Counted from the first letter of the stretch, positions 49,957-63,324 are shown. The stretch is 64,000 bases of DNA from Squalus acanthias (GCA_030390025.1 CM059431.1:102736001-102800000), one strand, 5' to 3'. The notes: generated by a model from the letters alone, not told the origin. Numbers and translations: made by a program.

Positions 49957-50130
49957 TAAAACAGATTATCTGGCCGTTATCTCATTGGTGTTTGTGGGAG
50001 CTTGCTGTGCGCAAATTGGCTGCCGCCTTTCCTACATTACAACAGTGGCTGCACTTCAAAAAGTACTTCATTGGCTGTAAAGCGCTTTGGGATGCCCTGA
50101 GGTTGAGAAAGGCGCTATATAAATGCAAAT
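49957..50130 (+). mobile_element. SINE 3' half
   Basis: aaaacagattatctgg...ggcgctatataaatgca. Confidence 0.8.
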
Positions 50131-50187
50131 TATTTTTCTTTCTTACAGGAGTGCCCAGACTGCTACCATCCCAACAATAGTATCGTC

Positions 50188-50755
50188 ATAAAAACAGAAA
50201 ATGCTGGAAATACTCAGCAGGCCAGGCAGCATCTGTGGAGAGAGAAACAGAGTTAACGTTTCAGGTCGATGACCCTTCGTCAGAACTGGAAAAAGTTGGA
50301 GATGGAACAGCTTTTAAGCAAGTGCAGGGACAGGGAAAGGGGGGAGGGGAGGAAAGAACAAAAGGGAAGGTCTGTGATAGGATGGAAGGCAGGAGAGATT
50401 AAGAGACAAAAGGGATGATGGTGCAAGGCAAAAGGAGATGGTAATGGGACAAGTTAAGAAACAAGAGATGACTCTGGATGAAGTGTAAATAGCAATGGCA
50501 GAATGATTGACAGCAGCCATGTGAGAGAGAGAAAAAAAATTGATAGGGGCAGAGGTTATGGTCTGAAATTGTTGAACTCAATGAGTCCAGAAGGCTGTAA
50601 AGTACCTAATCGAAAGATGAGGTGCTGTTCCTCGAGCTTACGTTGAGCTTCATTGGAACAGTGTAAGAGGCCGAGGACGGAGAGGTCAGAGTGGGAGTGG
50701 AGCGGAGAATTAAAGTGACAGGCGACCGGAAGCTCGGGGTCATGCTTACGGACTG
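50188..50755 (-). mobile_element. Penelope 3' fragment (GIY-YIG C-terminus plus terminal repeat with intact hammerhead at 50251-50287)
   Basis: PVACHFNSPLHSHSDL...RKLEEQHLIFRLGTLQPSGL; core agtt CTGACGA agggtc atc gacct GAAA cgtt aact. Confidence 0.88.
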
Positions 50756-51271
50756 GCAGTATCGTCACCTTATTGACAGGAGGCAGAACCTTTAGATTAA
50801 CTTGACATTCAAATCACTGCTTCTGGTAGGCATAAATTGAAAAAAATGTATCAAACGTCATCCAAAGGTGTCCAGATAAAAATTCCGGCCCATTTCCTAG
50901 CTCTCCCGTGGGACTTTAACTGTAGCTGCCTCTTTAATGTCCAACAGATTGCCTCTAGAAATGTCTGACTTTTGCCATTTTCCTGTTCTTGAGGGCCAGC
51001 AGGAAGTTCTGGTGTTGAGAACTCTCCAATGTGCAGCGCCACCTCTGGTGTGTTGCGCCCACATTGCTCCCATTATTTGGAAACTCTAGCAAAAAGCCTA
51101 TTAAAGGTTTATTTAAAGCGGCACAGTAATGTTTCAAATACTAAAAACTGGAATTATTCAGTTGGAAGAACTATTAATGTCAAGTTGTTAATTCTGCACA
51201 GGATTTACTTCATGCTGATGGTTGAAATAGGGAAATCTCCTATCTTTAAAACTTTGATCTGGGTGAGCATG

Positions 51272-51695
51272 CAACAACAACAACAACTTGTATTTATATA
51301 GCGCCTTTAACGTAGTAAAACGTCCCAAGGCGCTGCACAGGAGTATTTTAGGACAAAAAATTTGACACCGATCCACATAAGGATAAATTAGGGCAGGTGA
51401 CCAAAAGCTTGGTCAAAGAGGTAGGTTTTAAGGAGCGTCTTAAAGGAGGAAAGAGAGGTAGTGAGACGGAGAGGTTTAGGCGGGGAATTCCAGAGCTTAG
51501 AGCCTAGGCAACAGAAGGCACGGCCACCAATGGATGAGCGATTATAATCAGGGATGCTCAAGAGGGCAGAATTAGAGGAGCGCAGATATCTCGGGCGGGG
51601 GGGGGGGGTTTGTGGGGCTGAAGGAGATTACAGAGATAGGAAGGGGCGAGGCCATGGAGGGATTTGAAAACAAGGATGAGAATTTTGAAATCGAG
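51272..51695 (-). mobile_element. L2 3' fragment
   Basis: Near-identical reverse complement of 45912-46280. Confidence 0.87.
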
Positions 51696-51966
51696 GATAA
51701 GCCTCAGTGAGAGGACACCAGCTGATCCCAGTGGGACCAGATTGTGGTCTCTTCCTCTGCAACTCCTCGAACTTCCATTGACCGCTGACTTGTATCCGTG
51801 TCCCACGCTGTGTCCCTGTAACTGACAGCTCGTGCCATCTGCTGCTGCCTGGCCAGACTGCAACACTGGTCTGAAACCTGGCAACAGATATTAAAAAATG
51901 TCTTCATCTGCTTTCTGGAAGTTGCTCATTTTTTTTTTAATCACATGGAATACTAACCTCGCACAA

Positions 51967-52980
51967 TAGCCCAGAATTTGCTGGAGCGGGGCCTCTCGCG
52001 GCGAGTGCCGTGAGTTGGATTTTTTTCCCTCACCCTTCAGCTCCAATTATTCTTGCACCGCAAATTGCTGGAAGTGCGAGCTGATAATGGCGCCAACGGG
52101 CCCCCGGGACCTCAGTGAACGGCGGGACCAACAGTTTATCTCCTTAACCAAGGAGAGTTAAGGATAAAGAAGCAGAGCCAATGACGGAGAAGGAAATGGG
52201 GTGAATTGGAGTCAAATCAGGTACAGAAAGAGAAATAAAGAGTGGGAGTGGATTAAGAGAGAGAGAGAAAAGAGACCGAAAGGAAAAGCAAGAAATAAAT
52301 TTAAAAAAATGTAAAATTTTAAAAACCTCTAAGAACAATTTACTACATGCGGGAGTGAGACTCCACAGATTCAGCCGTGGCTCAGTGGGTAGCACACTCG
52401 CCTCTGAGTCAGAAGGTTGTGGGTTCAACTCCCACTCCAGGGACTTGAGCACATAAAATCTAGGCTGACACTCCCAGTGCAGTGCTGAGGGAGTGCTGCA
52501 CTGTCGGAGGTGCCGTCTTTTGGATGAGACGTTAAACAGAGGCCCCGTCTGCCCTCTCAGGTGGATGTAAAAGATCCCATGGCACTATTTCGAAGAAGAG
52601 CAAGGGGGTTATCCCCGGTGTCCTGTCCAATATTTATCCCTCAAGCAACATCACTAAAAACAGATTATCTGGTCAGTATCGCATTACTGTTTGTGGGAGC
52701 TTGCTGTGCGCAGATTGGCTGCCGCGTTTCCCACATTACAACAGTGACTACACTCCAAAAGTACTTCATTGGCTGTAAAGCGCTTTGAGTCGTCCGGTGG
52801 TCATGAAAGGCGCTATATAAATGCAAGTCTTTCTTTTTCAATTGTTCCCTTTCAGGGCCTGCAAGGTTGATGGCATTGATTGAACATTAATCGCATCATT
52901 AACAGAGTCCTTACGCCGTGAAATAGCAGCCTTAACTTTCCGCGGCGAGTTTAATTCGTATTTACAGCGCAAATGTATTT
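51967..52980. mobile_element. MITE-like element interrupted by a SINE
   Basis: Starts gcccagaatttgc, is CpG-rich and continues after 52838; the right end is not defined. Confidence 0.45.
52370..52838 (+). mobile_element. tRNA-derived SINE (family of 23147)
   Basis: Box A tggctcagtgg, box B ggttcaactccc, full body and tail. Confidence 0.9.
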
Positions 52981-53261
52981 ATTTTTGTCAGAAGAATGAC
53001 CAATCACAAAACATCTACAATAAACTCAATTCCACCCCAGTCAATTGGCTGATGAACCATTCGAATGGTGCCAGTACCAGCAGAGCTCATACAGGCAGCT
53101 GTGCACAGCAGAAATGGGAGTATTCAGAATGATAAAGCAGCATGTTCACAAAGTGTTTTTACTGTGGACTTATGACACCACAGACTATCCAAACTCATTT
53201 TGCATAGAATGCTGCTATGAGAGGTGAAAGAACAGTGCTATAACCCACTACACCAGCCATA

Positions 53262-53915
53262 TTGTCCGACCACATCCGCTCCATCACCAAAACCGCCTAC
53301 TTCCACCTCCGTAACATCGCCCGTCTCCGACCCTTGCCTCAGCTCATCTGCTGCTGAAACCCTCATCCAGGCCTTTGTTACCTCTGGACTCGACTATTCC
53401 AACGCACTCCTGGCTGGCCTCCCAAGTTCCACCCTCCATAAACTGGAGCTCATCCAAAACAGGTCCCGTTCACCCATCACCCCTGTGCTCGCTGACCTAC
53501 ATTGGCTCCCGGTCCGGCAACGCCTCGATTTTCAAATTCTCATCCTCGTTTTCAAATCCCTCCATAGCCTCGCCCCTGCCTATCTCTGTAATCTCCTTCA
53601 GCCCTACAACCATCCGAGATATCTGCGCTCCTCCATTTTTGGCCCCTTGCGCATCCCTGATTTTCATCGCTCCACCATTGACAGCCGTGCCTTCAGCTGC
53701 CTGTGCCCTAAGCTCTGGAATTCCCTCCTTAAACCTCTCTACCTCTCTCTCCTCCTTTAAGATGCTCCTTAAAACCTACCTCTTTGACCAAGCTTTTGGT
53801 CATCTGTCCTAATATCTCCTTACATGGCTCGGTATCAAATTCTGTTTGATAACGCTCCTGTGAAGCGCCTTAGGACGTTTTACTACGTTAAAGGCGCTAT
53901 ATAATTGCAGGTTGT
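53262..53915 (+). mobile_element. L2 LINE 3' fragment with the RT C-terminal region
   Basis: AETLIQAFVTSGLDYSNALLAGLP...[17 protein letters not shown]. Confidence 0.88.
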
Positions 53916-54225
53916 TTTTTTTAAATCTAGTAGATCTCCTGTGGCATTGTCACAGGTAGGCTGGAACTTGGATTGCAGTCTTTGATATTTACTATGGTCC
54001 TGCAGATGCAACAGCAACAACAAGAAGCATTTGTATAGCAACTTTAACATAGTAAAATGTCCCAAAGTCCCAGAGACATGAGCAGAAAAAAAATGAGCCA
54101 AAGATATTAGGATGGGTGAGACAAGCTAATTGGTCAATCATTTACAGTGCCCTGAAGTGAATAGAAGTTTGTGGTCTCTTTGAATAGCAACTCTCAGGAG
54201 ACTGCAGCTTATCTTGAGCTTTATT

Positions 54226-56050
54226 CATAGGATTACATAGGATATACGGCACAGAAACGCTCTCCAGTGCCTCAATATCTTTTTATAATATGGCGACCAG
54301 AACTGTACACAGTACTCCAAGTGTGGTCGAACCAAGGTTCGATACAGGTTTAGCATAACTTCCCTACTTTTCAATTCTATACCTCTAGAAATAAACCCTA
54401 GTGCTTGGTTTGATATTTTTCATGGCCTTGCTAACCTGTGTTGCAACTTTTAGTGATTTGTGTATTTGCACTCCGAGATCCCTTTGTTCCTCTACCCCAC
54501 CTAGACTCGCACCCTCCAAGTAATAAGTGACCTCCCTATTCTTCCTACCAAAATGTAATATCTCACAGATATCTGTGTTGAACTTCATTTGCCAATTATA
54601 TGCCCATTCTGCAAGTTTATTAATGTCCTCCTGTAATTTGTTGCAGTCCTCCTCAGTATTGACTATTTCCCCAAATGTGGTGTCATCCGCAAATTTAGAA
54701 ATTGTGTTTTTGATTCCAAAGTCTAAATCGTTAATATAAATTGTGAACAACAGTGGTCCCAGCACTGATCCTTGTGGAACACCACTACCCACCTTCTGCC
54801 ACTGTGAATAGCTACCCTTTACTCCTACTCTCTGCTTTCTGTCTTGAAGCCAGCTAACTATCCATTCTGCTACTTGTCCCCTGACTCCGCATTCTCTGAC
54901 CTTATTCATCAGTCTATTATAGGGTACCTTATCGAAGGCCTTTAGAAAATCTAGATAAATTACATCTACTGCATTACCATTGTCTACTCTCTCAGTTACC
55001 TCTTCAAAAAATTCAATGAGTTGGTCAAGCAAGACTTTCCCTTTTGAAATCCATGCTGACTATTCATTATGGTTTTGGTTTCTAGATGTTCTTCTATTTT
55101 CGCCTTTAGTAGGGATTCCATTATTTTTCCTACCACCGATGTTAAGCTGACTGGTCTATAATTCCCTGGAGATGTTCTATCCGCCTTAAATATAGGTATT
55201 ACATTAGCTATCCGCCAGTCCTCTGGCACTACACCTTTTTCTAACGAATTATTAAATATGTGTAGTAATGCATCTGCTATCTCTTCTCTAGATTCTTTTA
55301 AAATGCGTGGATGCAATCCATCCGGACCAGGGGTTTATCCTCTTTGAGTTTGATTAGTTTATTTAATATATCCCCTCTTTTTATTTTACATGTACTTATC
55401 TCATTAATAATCTCATGTCATGTCCACCTGTTCTATCTCCCTGGTAAATACTGAAGCAAAATAATTATTTAATATTTCTGTCATCTCTCTATAATTACCT
55501 GTGGTATTATCCTGTCTATCCCTTAATGGCCCTATTCCCATCCCAACCTTTTTTTTTATTGATGCACCAATAAAATATTTTACTATTTTGTTTTATGTTC
55601 CTTGATAATTTAATTTCATAGTTCCTCTTTGCCTTCCTAATTGTTTTTTTGACTTCTCTCCTAATCTCTTTGTACTCTCCCTTATCATGCACTCCCCTGC
55701 TGTCTATGTACTTAATGTATGCCTCTTTCCTTACCCGCAATTGTTCCCTTATGGCTTTATTCATCCATGGAGTCTCATTAGTATTTAGTTTGTGCTTTCC
55801 TTTCAGTGGAATATATTGTTCCTGCACTCTGTTGAACACCATTTTAAATGTTTCCCATTGCTGTTCTACATCATTGTTTGGCAATATTGTTGCCCATTTT
55901 ATTTTCCCAAGTTCTATTCTCAGCCCCTCAAAATCAGCTTTTCTCCAATCTATTACCCTGGTTTTCGTCATACTTATGTCCTTCTCAATTATCATCTTAA
56001 AGCATATTATATTATGGTCACTATTGCCTAGATGTTCCCCTACTTTCAAT
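54226..56050 (-). mobile_element. CR1 ORF2 fragment (EN end to RT) with internal deletion and tail
   Basis: LGNSDH, NYRPVSLTS, YLDFLKAFDKVP, GVPQGSVLGP, YINDL and FADD; the tail at 54226-54258 is joined directly to the coding region. Confidence 0.9.
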
Positions 56051-56604
56051 GGAAGAATCTTTCACAGTGCCTGTAATCTGAATTTAAAATCTGCTCCCGA
56101 GGTGTGGGGATAAACACAGAACACCTAGGTACACTCTTGCATACATACCAACCGAGAAAAGTACTAAAAGCTGAGCAACAGCTTCACAAAAAGCCAACAA
56201 TTCAAAACTGCCTTGAATACAAGACTATGACGTGAAAGCAAGTAATTACACTGAAAGTGCAGTGGGACACCAGATGCCCAACATTCCTTCACTTCTATTG
56301 AAGGAAAAAAATACATAAATACATAGGGGTCCAGAGGCATGTTCTCCCAGTTTGAATTTATATTTTAAAAAATTGTGCATTCTGGTTAATTATAAATACT
56401 TTAATATTTCACAATTACATTTTTAAACCAAACAAAAAAAAATTACATTTGGGTTTTTAAGCAGATGAACCAGACTTGGTTTTCTCAATAGTCACTGTTC
56501 TCCTTCAACATTCCCCCAGTTTCCAGAGACACTAAACCCCATCCAACCCCTTTAACTAGTTTACAGAAATACTCTCTCTCCAGCCCTCCCGGTTTATGCT
56601 CAAC

Positions 56605-58068
56605 GTTTTTTTTTATTCGTTTATGGGATCAGGGCGTTGCTGGCAATGCCAGCATTTATTGCCCATCCCTAGTTGCCCTTGAGAAGGTGGTGGTGAGCTG
56701 CCTTCTTGAACCGCTGCAGTCCGTGTGGTGATGATACTCCCACAGTGCTGTTAGGGAGGGAGTTCCAGGATTTTGACCCAGCGACGATGAAGGATCGGCG
56801 ATATATTTCTAAGTCAGAATGGTGTGTGACTTGGAGGGGAACTTGGAGGTGGTGGTGTTCCCATGCACCTGCTGCCCTTGTCCTTCTAGGTGGAAGAGGT
56901 CGCGGGTTTGGGAGGTGCTGCCGAAGAAGCCTTGGTGAGTTGCTGCAGTGCATCTTGTAGATGGTACACACTGCAGCCATGGTACACCAGTGGTGGAGGG
57001 AGTGAATGTTTAAGGTGGTGGATGGGGTGCCAATCAAGCGGGCTGCTTTGTCCTGGATGGTGTCGAGCTTCTTGAGAGTTGTTGGAGCTGCACTCTTCCA
57101 GGCAAGTGGAGAGTATTCCATCACACTCCTTATTTGTGCCTTGGAAAGGCTTTGGGGAGTCAGGAGGTGAGACACTCGCCGCAGAATACCTAGCCTCTGA
57201 CCTGCTCTTGTTGCCACAGTATTTATGTGGCTGGTCCAGTTAAGTCTCTGGTTAATGGTGACCCCCAGGATGTTGGTAGTGGGGGATTCGGCGATGGTAA
57301 TGCCATTGAATGTCAAGGGGATGTGGTTAGACTCTCGCTTGTTGGAGACAGTCATTGCCTGGCACTTCTGTGGCGCGAATGTTACCTGCCACTTATCAGC
57401 CCAAACCTGAACGTCGTCCAGGTCTTGTTGCATGCGGGCATGGACTGCTTCATTATCTGTGGAGTTGCGAATGGCACTGAACACTGTGCAGTCATCAGCG
57501 AACATCCCCATTTCTGACCTTATGTTGGAGGGAAGGTCATTGATGAAGCAGCTGAAGATGGTTGGGCCTAGGACACTGCCCTGAGGAACTCCTGCAGTGA
57601 TGTCCTGGGGCTATGATGATTGACCTTCAACCACCACAACCATCTTCCTTTGTGCTAGGTATGACTCCAGTCAGTGGAGCGTTTTCCCCCTGATTCCCAT
57701 TGACTTCATATTTACTAGGGCTCCTTGATGCCAGACTCGGTCAAATGCTGCCTTGATGTCAAGGGCAGTCACTCTCACCTCACCTCTGGAATTCAGCTCC
57801 TTTGTCCATGTTTGGACCAAGGCTGTAATGAGGTCGGGAGCCGAGTGGTTTTGGCGGAACCCAAACTGGGCATCCGTGAGCAGGTTATTGGTGAGTAAGT
57901 GCCGCTTGATAGCACTGTCGATGACACCTTCCATCACTTTGCTGATGATTGAGAGTAGACTGGTGGGGCGGTAATTGGCCGGGTTGGATCTGTCCTGCTT
58001 TTTGTGGACAGGACATACCTGGGCAGTTTTCCACGTTGTCGGATAGATGCCAGTGTTGTAGCTGTACT
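56605..58068 (-). mobile_element. 5'-truncated LINE of the second family (RT plus tail)
   Basis: NYRPTSLLS, QFGFR, LDIKAAFDRVWH, GVPQGS and MFADD; ends HHHLLKGN then AATAAA and poly-A; same family as 47582-48253. Confidence 0.9.
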
Positions 58069-58069
58069 G

Positions 58070-58392
58070 GGACGAAGCGGTCTGCTTAACTGGTGACTCT
58101 GCCACTGAACTCAGTTTGCAGCACTGGTGCTCTTTACAGGATGGATTTGAGCAACTCACCAAGCTTACTGCGACAGCACCTTGCAGCCCCGCGAACTCTA
58201 TCAGCGAGAAGGACAGGAGCAGCAACGTAATGGGGACACCGTCATCCGCAAGTTCCCTAACCAAGTCACACAGCACCCTGACTTGGACAGCTAACGCCAC
58301 TGTGGGAGCAGCATCACCACAAGCACTGCAGTGCTTCAAGGAGAAGACCCTGCACCAGTTTGTCAGGGCAACCAAGGATGTGCAATAAATGC
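58070..58392 (+). mobile_element. Diverged 3' fragment of the same LINE family, opposite orientation
   Basis: Colinear but diverged similarity to about 47825-48210, ending gcaataaatgc. Confidence 0.7.
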
Positions 58393-58589
58393 AGATACCG
58401 TCCCAGAAAGCTGACAACTCAAAATGCAACGTACAACTGAACATCAGCCCTGAATGAAGACCTATAACCAAAGCTTCTGTTTCAAGATAACCGAATCATT
58501 AAATTCATTTTTGTTACAGTGGATTTCAAGGTTTTCGTTAACGCTTTGCAACTACATTCTGCAAAAACTGTAATATCAACATTTGACGC

Positions 58590-58868
58590 AAGAACATAAG
58601 AAATAGGAGCAGCAGTCGGCCATATGGCCCCTTGAGCCGTTCAATAAGATCATGGCTGATCTTCTACCTCAACTCCACTTTCCCGCCCGATCCTCATATC
58701 CCTTGATTCCCCTAGAGTCCAAAAATCTATCGATCTCAGTCTTGAATATACTCATCGACTGAGCATCCACAGCCCTCTGGGGTAGAGAATTCCAAAGATT
58801 CACAACCCTCTGAGTGAAGAAATTTCTCCTCATCTCAGTCCTAAATGGCCGACCCCTTATCCTGAGAC
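58590..58868 (-). mobile_element. CR1 3' fragment
   Basis: [29 protein letters not shown] plus tail. Confidence 0.85.
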
Positions 58869-59102
58869 ATATGAAAAGAATAGTTATAATGGGATTGCAG
58901 CGGGACATGAACTTGTCATGGCTTAAGTTGCAGCAATACTCAAATTTTCCATCAGTATTATAGAAAAAAAATGAAAGTACACTAATTGAAATTTTTGCAG
59001 TGATCTATTTAGAAATGTTTGAAGGGAGAAGGAAATTCTGATGGTGCACAATTTATCTCCGAGCGATTTAGATTTTTGATACTTTTTTGGTCCATTTTCC
59101 CC

Positions 59103-59398
59103 CATAGAATTTACAGCACAGAAACAGACCATTCAGCCCAACTGGTCTGTGCCGGTGTTTATGCTCCACACGAGCCTCCTCCCACCCCTCTTCATCTCAC
59201 CCTATCAGCATAACCTTCTATTCCTTTCTCCCTCATGTGTTTATTTAGCTTCTCCTTAAATGCATCTCTGCTATTCGCCTCAACTACTCCCTGTGGTAGC
59301 GAGTTCCACATTCTCACCACTCTGGGTTTCTTCTGAATTCCTTATTGGAATTATTAGTGGCTATCTTATATTCATGGCCCCTAGTTTTGGAATCCCCC
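59103..59398 (-). mobile_element. CR1 3' fragment
   Basis: Reverse complement of about 44570-44850. Confidence 0.82.
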
Positions 59399-59857
59399 TT
59401 GCATTTTAAAGTATATTTCAGCTGCATAGATTCCGCTCTCTGGAAATTCCTTTCTAAACCACTTGTGAGAAATCAGGGGTGTCCAAAATGTATATGGTTA
59501 TGCGAACAAAATTGTGACACTAATAATGCTGTGTTTACATGATGGTATTAGAACTGGAGTCAAAAAGTCTCTTCAGACTAGTATTAGAATAACCAGATAG
59601 ATGCTTAAAATCTGCTTGTGTTTTGGTTCACTGCGGATGTTATAGCATTCTGCAGTATGACAGTCATAAATAATCTTGTTTTCAAGTTAGGATTTCAACC
59701 TTGTTTATGTTTCTCTTATTGAACTAACTATGGCTCAATGCCTACGTTTCTTCTATTATTACTAATAACCATGATATAATGCAAAGGTAGGAATTGGTGT
59801 TAGCTTAACAAAACTGCTTGTAAGGATAATTAAAAGTTAATTAGGATAAAAGACATA

Positions 59858-60557
59858 GGGGGAAAAATTGAGTCACGCCCCTTTTAGCTCCCCGGAAAAA
59901 TTAGCGCCCCCGCAGCCGAAATTGAGTGGTAGCGCCCCAAGAGGAAAGCGGGGCGCTACTGGAAGCGCCCCGCCTCCCTCTTGGGGCGCTGCGAGGGAAT
60001 ATCGCAGCGCTGCGGCACGTCGCGCCGCAGTATTGCAGGCCTTCCTCCCCTTCTTAAAATGGAGGGGCCATGCACAGTGCGACCCGGGGCACAGCTGGGC
60101 CACCAGGGATCGGAGTGCTGGCAAAAGAGCCTGGCACTCAAGAGAAGTGCCGGACTCATGGCGCGCAGTCGGCACTCAGCGGGGGGGCGGGTCAGGAGGC
60201 CGGGGCGGCAGCGGATGCAGGTGCTGGCAGGTGGCCAGCAACAAAAATGGCCGCCTGGCACCTCGACTTTAAATAGCAGCGCCCCGGCCGCAGGTAGGCC
60301 CCCCTGACCCCGTCGGACATAGCGTCCGGCGGTAAGTCAGGGGGCGCTACCGAAGATCGCGGCCGGGGCGCTGCGCACGGCGATGATGTCATCGCCAGCG
60401 CTGCGGGGCGCTAACGGTTACCGCCGCTGCTAACCTCCTGCTGAATTTCGCGGGAGGCGTTGGTGGTGCCACGCCCGGGCGCTAGTTGCTTTGCGCCCCT
60501 CGTTAGCGCCCTAAGAGGGCGCTAACGGGAGGCGCAAAGCAACTGAATTTTTCCCCC
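59858..60557. mobile_element. Non-autonomous PIF/Harbinger-type transposon (MITE 2)
   Basis: TIR GGGGGAAAAATTGAGT / ACTGAATTTTTCCCCC with TSD ATA (59855-59857, 60558-60560); the right arm is the reverse complement of the MITE 1 left arm. Confidence 0.87.
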
Positions 60558-61744
60558 ATAGAATGAAAGGAATTTGAGGAGGTTAAGGTATCCATCTTAG
60601 GAAGGGGCCATTTGCTAGATGAAAGTGAGATAACGACTGGCTGAAGTGTGACAGCTCTGGCTTGGGCCTCCTGATTAAAAGGGGACGAGGTCAGGCCTTG
60701 TAGTTGCTGTGACAGGGAGGATAGGGACAAGTGAGATAAGAGAAATTCCGATGGGTGGGCCTTCAAAACGTATAAACAATAAAGCATGTGTAATGATTGT
60801 GAAGACCCCTCCTGTAGGGGAGGGCTTTCATCCAAGAATCGAGACAAAGAACTTGATGCCCCATTGGGTAATGAGGTTTTAGGGGAACCTCTATAGGTTA
60901 AATGGTCTTGTCAATAATTTGGCCTCAGTCCCACCCCTAAAAAGAGAATAAAACAGTTAGTTTTGAATTACAATAAGACATTTTAGGAACACACACCAGC
61001 AGTATAAGGGTTAAAAATGACAAACACTCCTATTGCATGGGATTAGGTGTCAGTGACCCTTATCTAAGTGATACTTGGCTCATAAAAGATAGACAGGCTG
61101 TCAGATACATTATTTTATGGTAGCAAAGGTTAAATGTTTGAATTGCACCAATAGAATTGTAGTTAAGGAGTCGACAGTTTCCTTTTACTCAAAGACTTCC
61201 ATTATCTGTTTGGGAGGTGACAAAGGGGGACTTGTATCTCTCTTTTAAAATGAATAAAGCAGTTTTCTAAAAACAATGAAAAAAAATTGTAAAATTGTTA
61301 TTGTAGCTAAAGTATAAGAGCAGATCTTCAAGGATACAAGCCTGGAAATTCCTCGGGGCAGGCTCCTGGGTGCAGAGCAGAACTTGCACCCTGGAGTCAG
61401 GGTCATTAGCATAGTTTTAGTGGGCTTTTGCCACAGCGGGGGAGGGGTATCGCGACCAGCATCTTGCCACAGTGTAAGTGAGGCCGAAGTGCCAGCTGAA
61501 CAGCTTCAAAATCTTTTTCTTTTAAATCTAAGAAAGTGCCAGCTTTTAAATAATGCTTCTCTGCACTTAAAGAAATGACAGACCACAAATGATATTCCAA
61601 ATGGCATTATTTTATCTGAAGAATGAGTGGCGTAGAGGACAGAGGAAATCCTCCCCACGTGAGTCAAAGCTGACCATGACTGCTTACTGGAATCTGGAAC
61701 TCTAATCATTTATACAAGCCGTATAACGTTTTACAATGTTTAAT

Positions 61745-62086
61745 AACTTCAGATCATAACCACTGCTCCCATTTTTCCGGACAGCAGGTGCTGGCAATGG
61801 TTCTGCTGTTGCCATTTACAGCTCCTCTAGACCCACCTTTTGTTTCTTGTTCTGTTACCACACCTTGCACCATCATTCGTTTTGTCATTTAATCACTTCC
61901 CCTCCCTCCCCACTTTTTCCTGGCTCTACACTTGCTTATAAACTGTTAAATCTCTAACTTCTCCCAAGTTCTCTAACTTCTCCCAGTTCTGACGCAGGGT
62001 CACAGACCTGAAACGTTAACTCCGTTTCTCTCTCCACAGATGCTGCCTGAGCTGCCGAGTGTTTCCAGCATTTTCTGTTTTTATTC
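61745..62086 (+). mobile_element. Penelope 3' terminal fragment (hammerhead with core mutation at 61985-62021)
   Basis: Plus-strand copy of the 50188-50580 region; the core reads CTGACGC. Confidence 0.8.
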
Positions 62087-62148
62087 CTGTACAACACTGG
62101 TGGCCACTGCAGTTTCCACTGGTGTCCACTCCCTGCTCAGTGGCAGAC

Positions 62149-63086
62149 TGTAGGAGGTATGATCAGTAAGTTTTCAGATGACACGAAAATTGGTGGGGTG
62201 GTAAATAGCGAGGAGGGAAGCCTCAGGCTACAGGACGATATAGACGGGTTGGTCAGATGGGCAGAACAGTGGCAAATGGAATTTAACCCTGAAAAGTGTG
62301 AGGTGATGCATTTTGGGAGGACTAACAAGGCAAGGGAATACACAATGAATGGTAGGACCCTAGGAAGGTCAGAGGATCAGAGGGACCTTGGCGTGCATGT
62401 ACATAGATCCCTGAAGGCAGCAGGACAGGTAGATAAGGTGGTTAAAAAGGCATATGGGATACTTGCCTTCATTAGCCGAGGCATAGAATATAAGAGCAGG
62501 GAGGTTATGATGGAGCTGTACAAAGCGCTAGTTAGGCCACAGCTGGAATACTGTGTGCAGTTCTGGTCGCCACACTATAGGAAGGATGTGATTGCATTGG
62601 AGAGGGTGCAGAGGAGATTCACCAGGATGTTACCTGGGCTGCAGCGCTTCAGCTATGAAGAGAGACTGGACAGGCTGGGGTTGTTTTCCTTAGAGCAGAG
62701 AAGGCTGAGGGGGGACCTGATTGAGGTGTACAAAATTATGAGGGGCATAGATAGGGTAGATAGAAAGGAACTTTTCCCCTTAGTAGAGGGGTCAATAACC
62801 AGGGGGCATAGTTTCAAGGTAAGGGGCAGGAGGGTAAGAGGGGATTTGAGGAAAAACCTTTTCACCCAGAGGGTGGTTGGAATCTGGAACTCACTGCCTG
62901 AAAGGGTGGTAGAGACAGGAACCCTCACAACATTCAAGAAGCATTTAGATGAGCACTTGAAACGCCATAGCATACAAGGCTACGGACCAAGTGCTGGAAA
63001 ATGGGATTAGAATAGACAGGGCTTGATGGCCGGCGCGGACACGATGGGCCGAAGGGCCTCTTTCTGTGCTGTATAACTCTATGACT
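62149..63086 (+). mobile_element. Young 5'-truncated CR1 of the same subfamily as copy A, with an open 283-aa ORF2 C-terminus
   Basis: Near-identical to 4293-5199; uninterrupted ORF 62159-63010; tail taactctatgacta. Confidence 0.93.
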
Positions 63087-63324
63087 ACAGTGCAGGCCAA
63101 AATTCATCCATTTATTCTCACTCCCAGGGAGATGGCAAGTGCTTACTCGACCCATTGCACGTGTTTAAGGTGTGCTGTATTCACCATGTGCACCCTTTGT
63201 CCCCCTCAGCAGCTTTGTCCTCCTCCTCTTCTGCTTTCCCTTCATTACCTGGAACCCGTCCATGCAATCTCCTCATCTATCACTAAATAATGGTATGAAG
63301 TCTCAACGTTCTTTCCTTAATCAA

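Noticed and set aside
51704..51907. Minus-strand exon-like segment with an acceptor near 51878
   Set aside because: No recognisable protein in any frame and no donor site; it runs into an L2 fragment.
57671..58471. 266-aa ORF with a novel N-terminus fused to RT
   Set aside because: The N-terminal part is the antisense reading of the adjacent diverged LINE fragment.
59868..60392. GC-rich overlapping ORFs, or a second CpG-island promoter
   Set aside because: They lie wholly within MITE 2; high GC explains the open frames.
62138..63095. TSD around the young CR1 (cagtggcag / cagtgcag)
   Set aside because: Imperfect and offset from the homology boundary; cannot be distinguished from chance.
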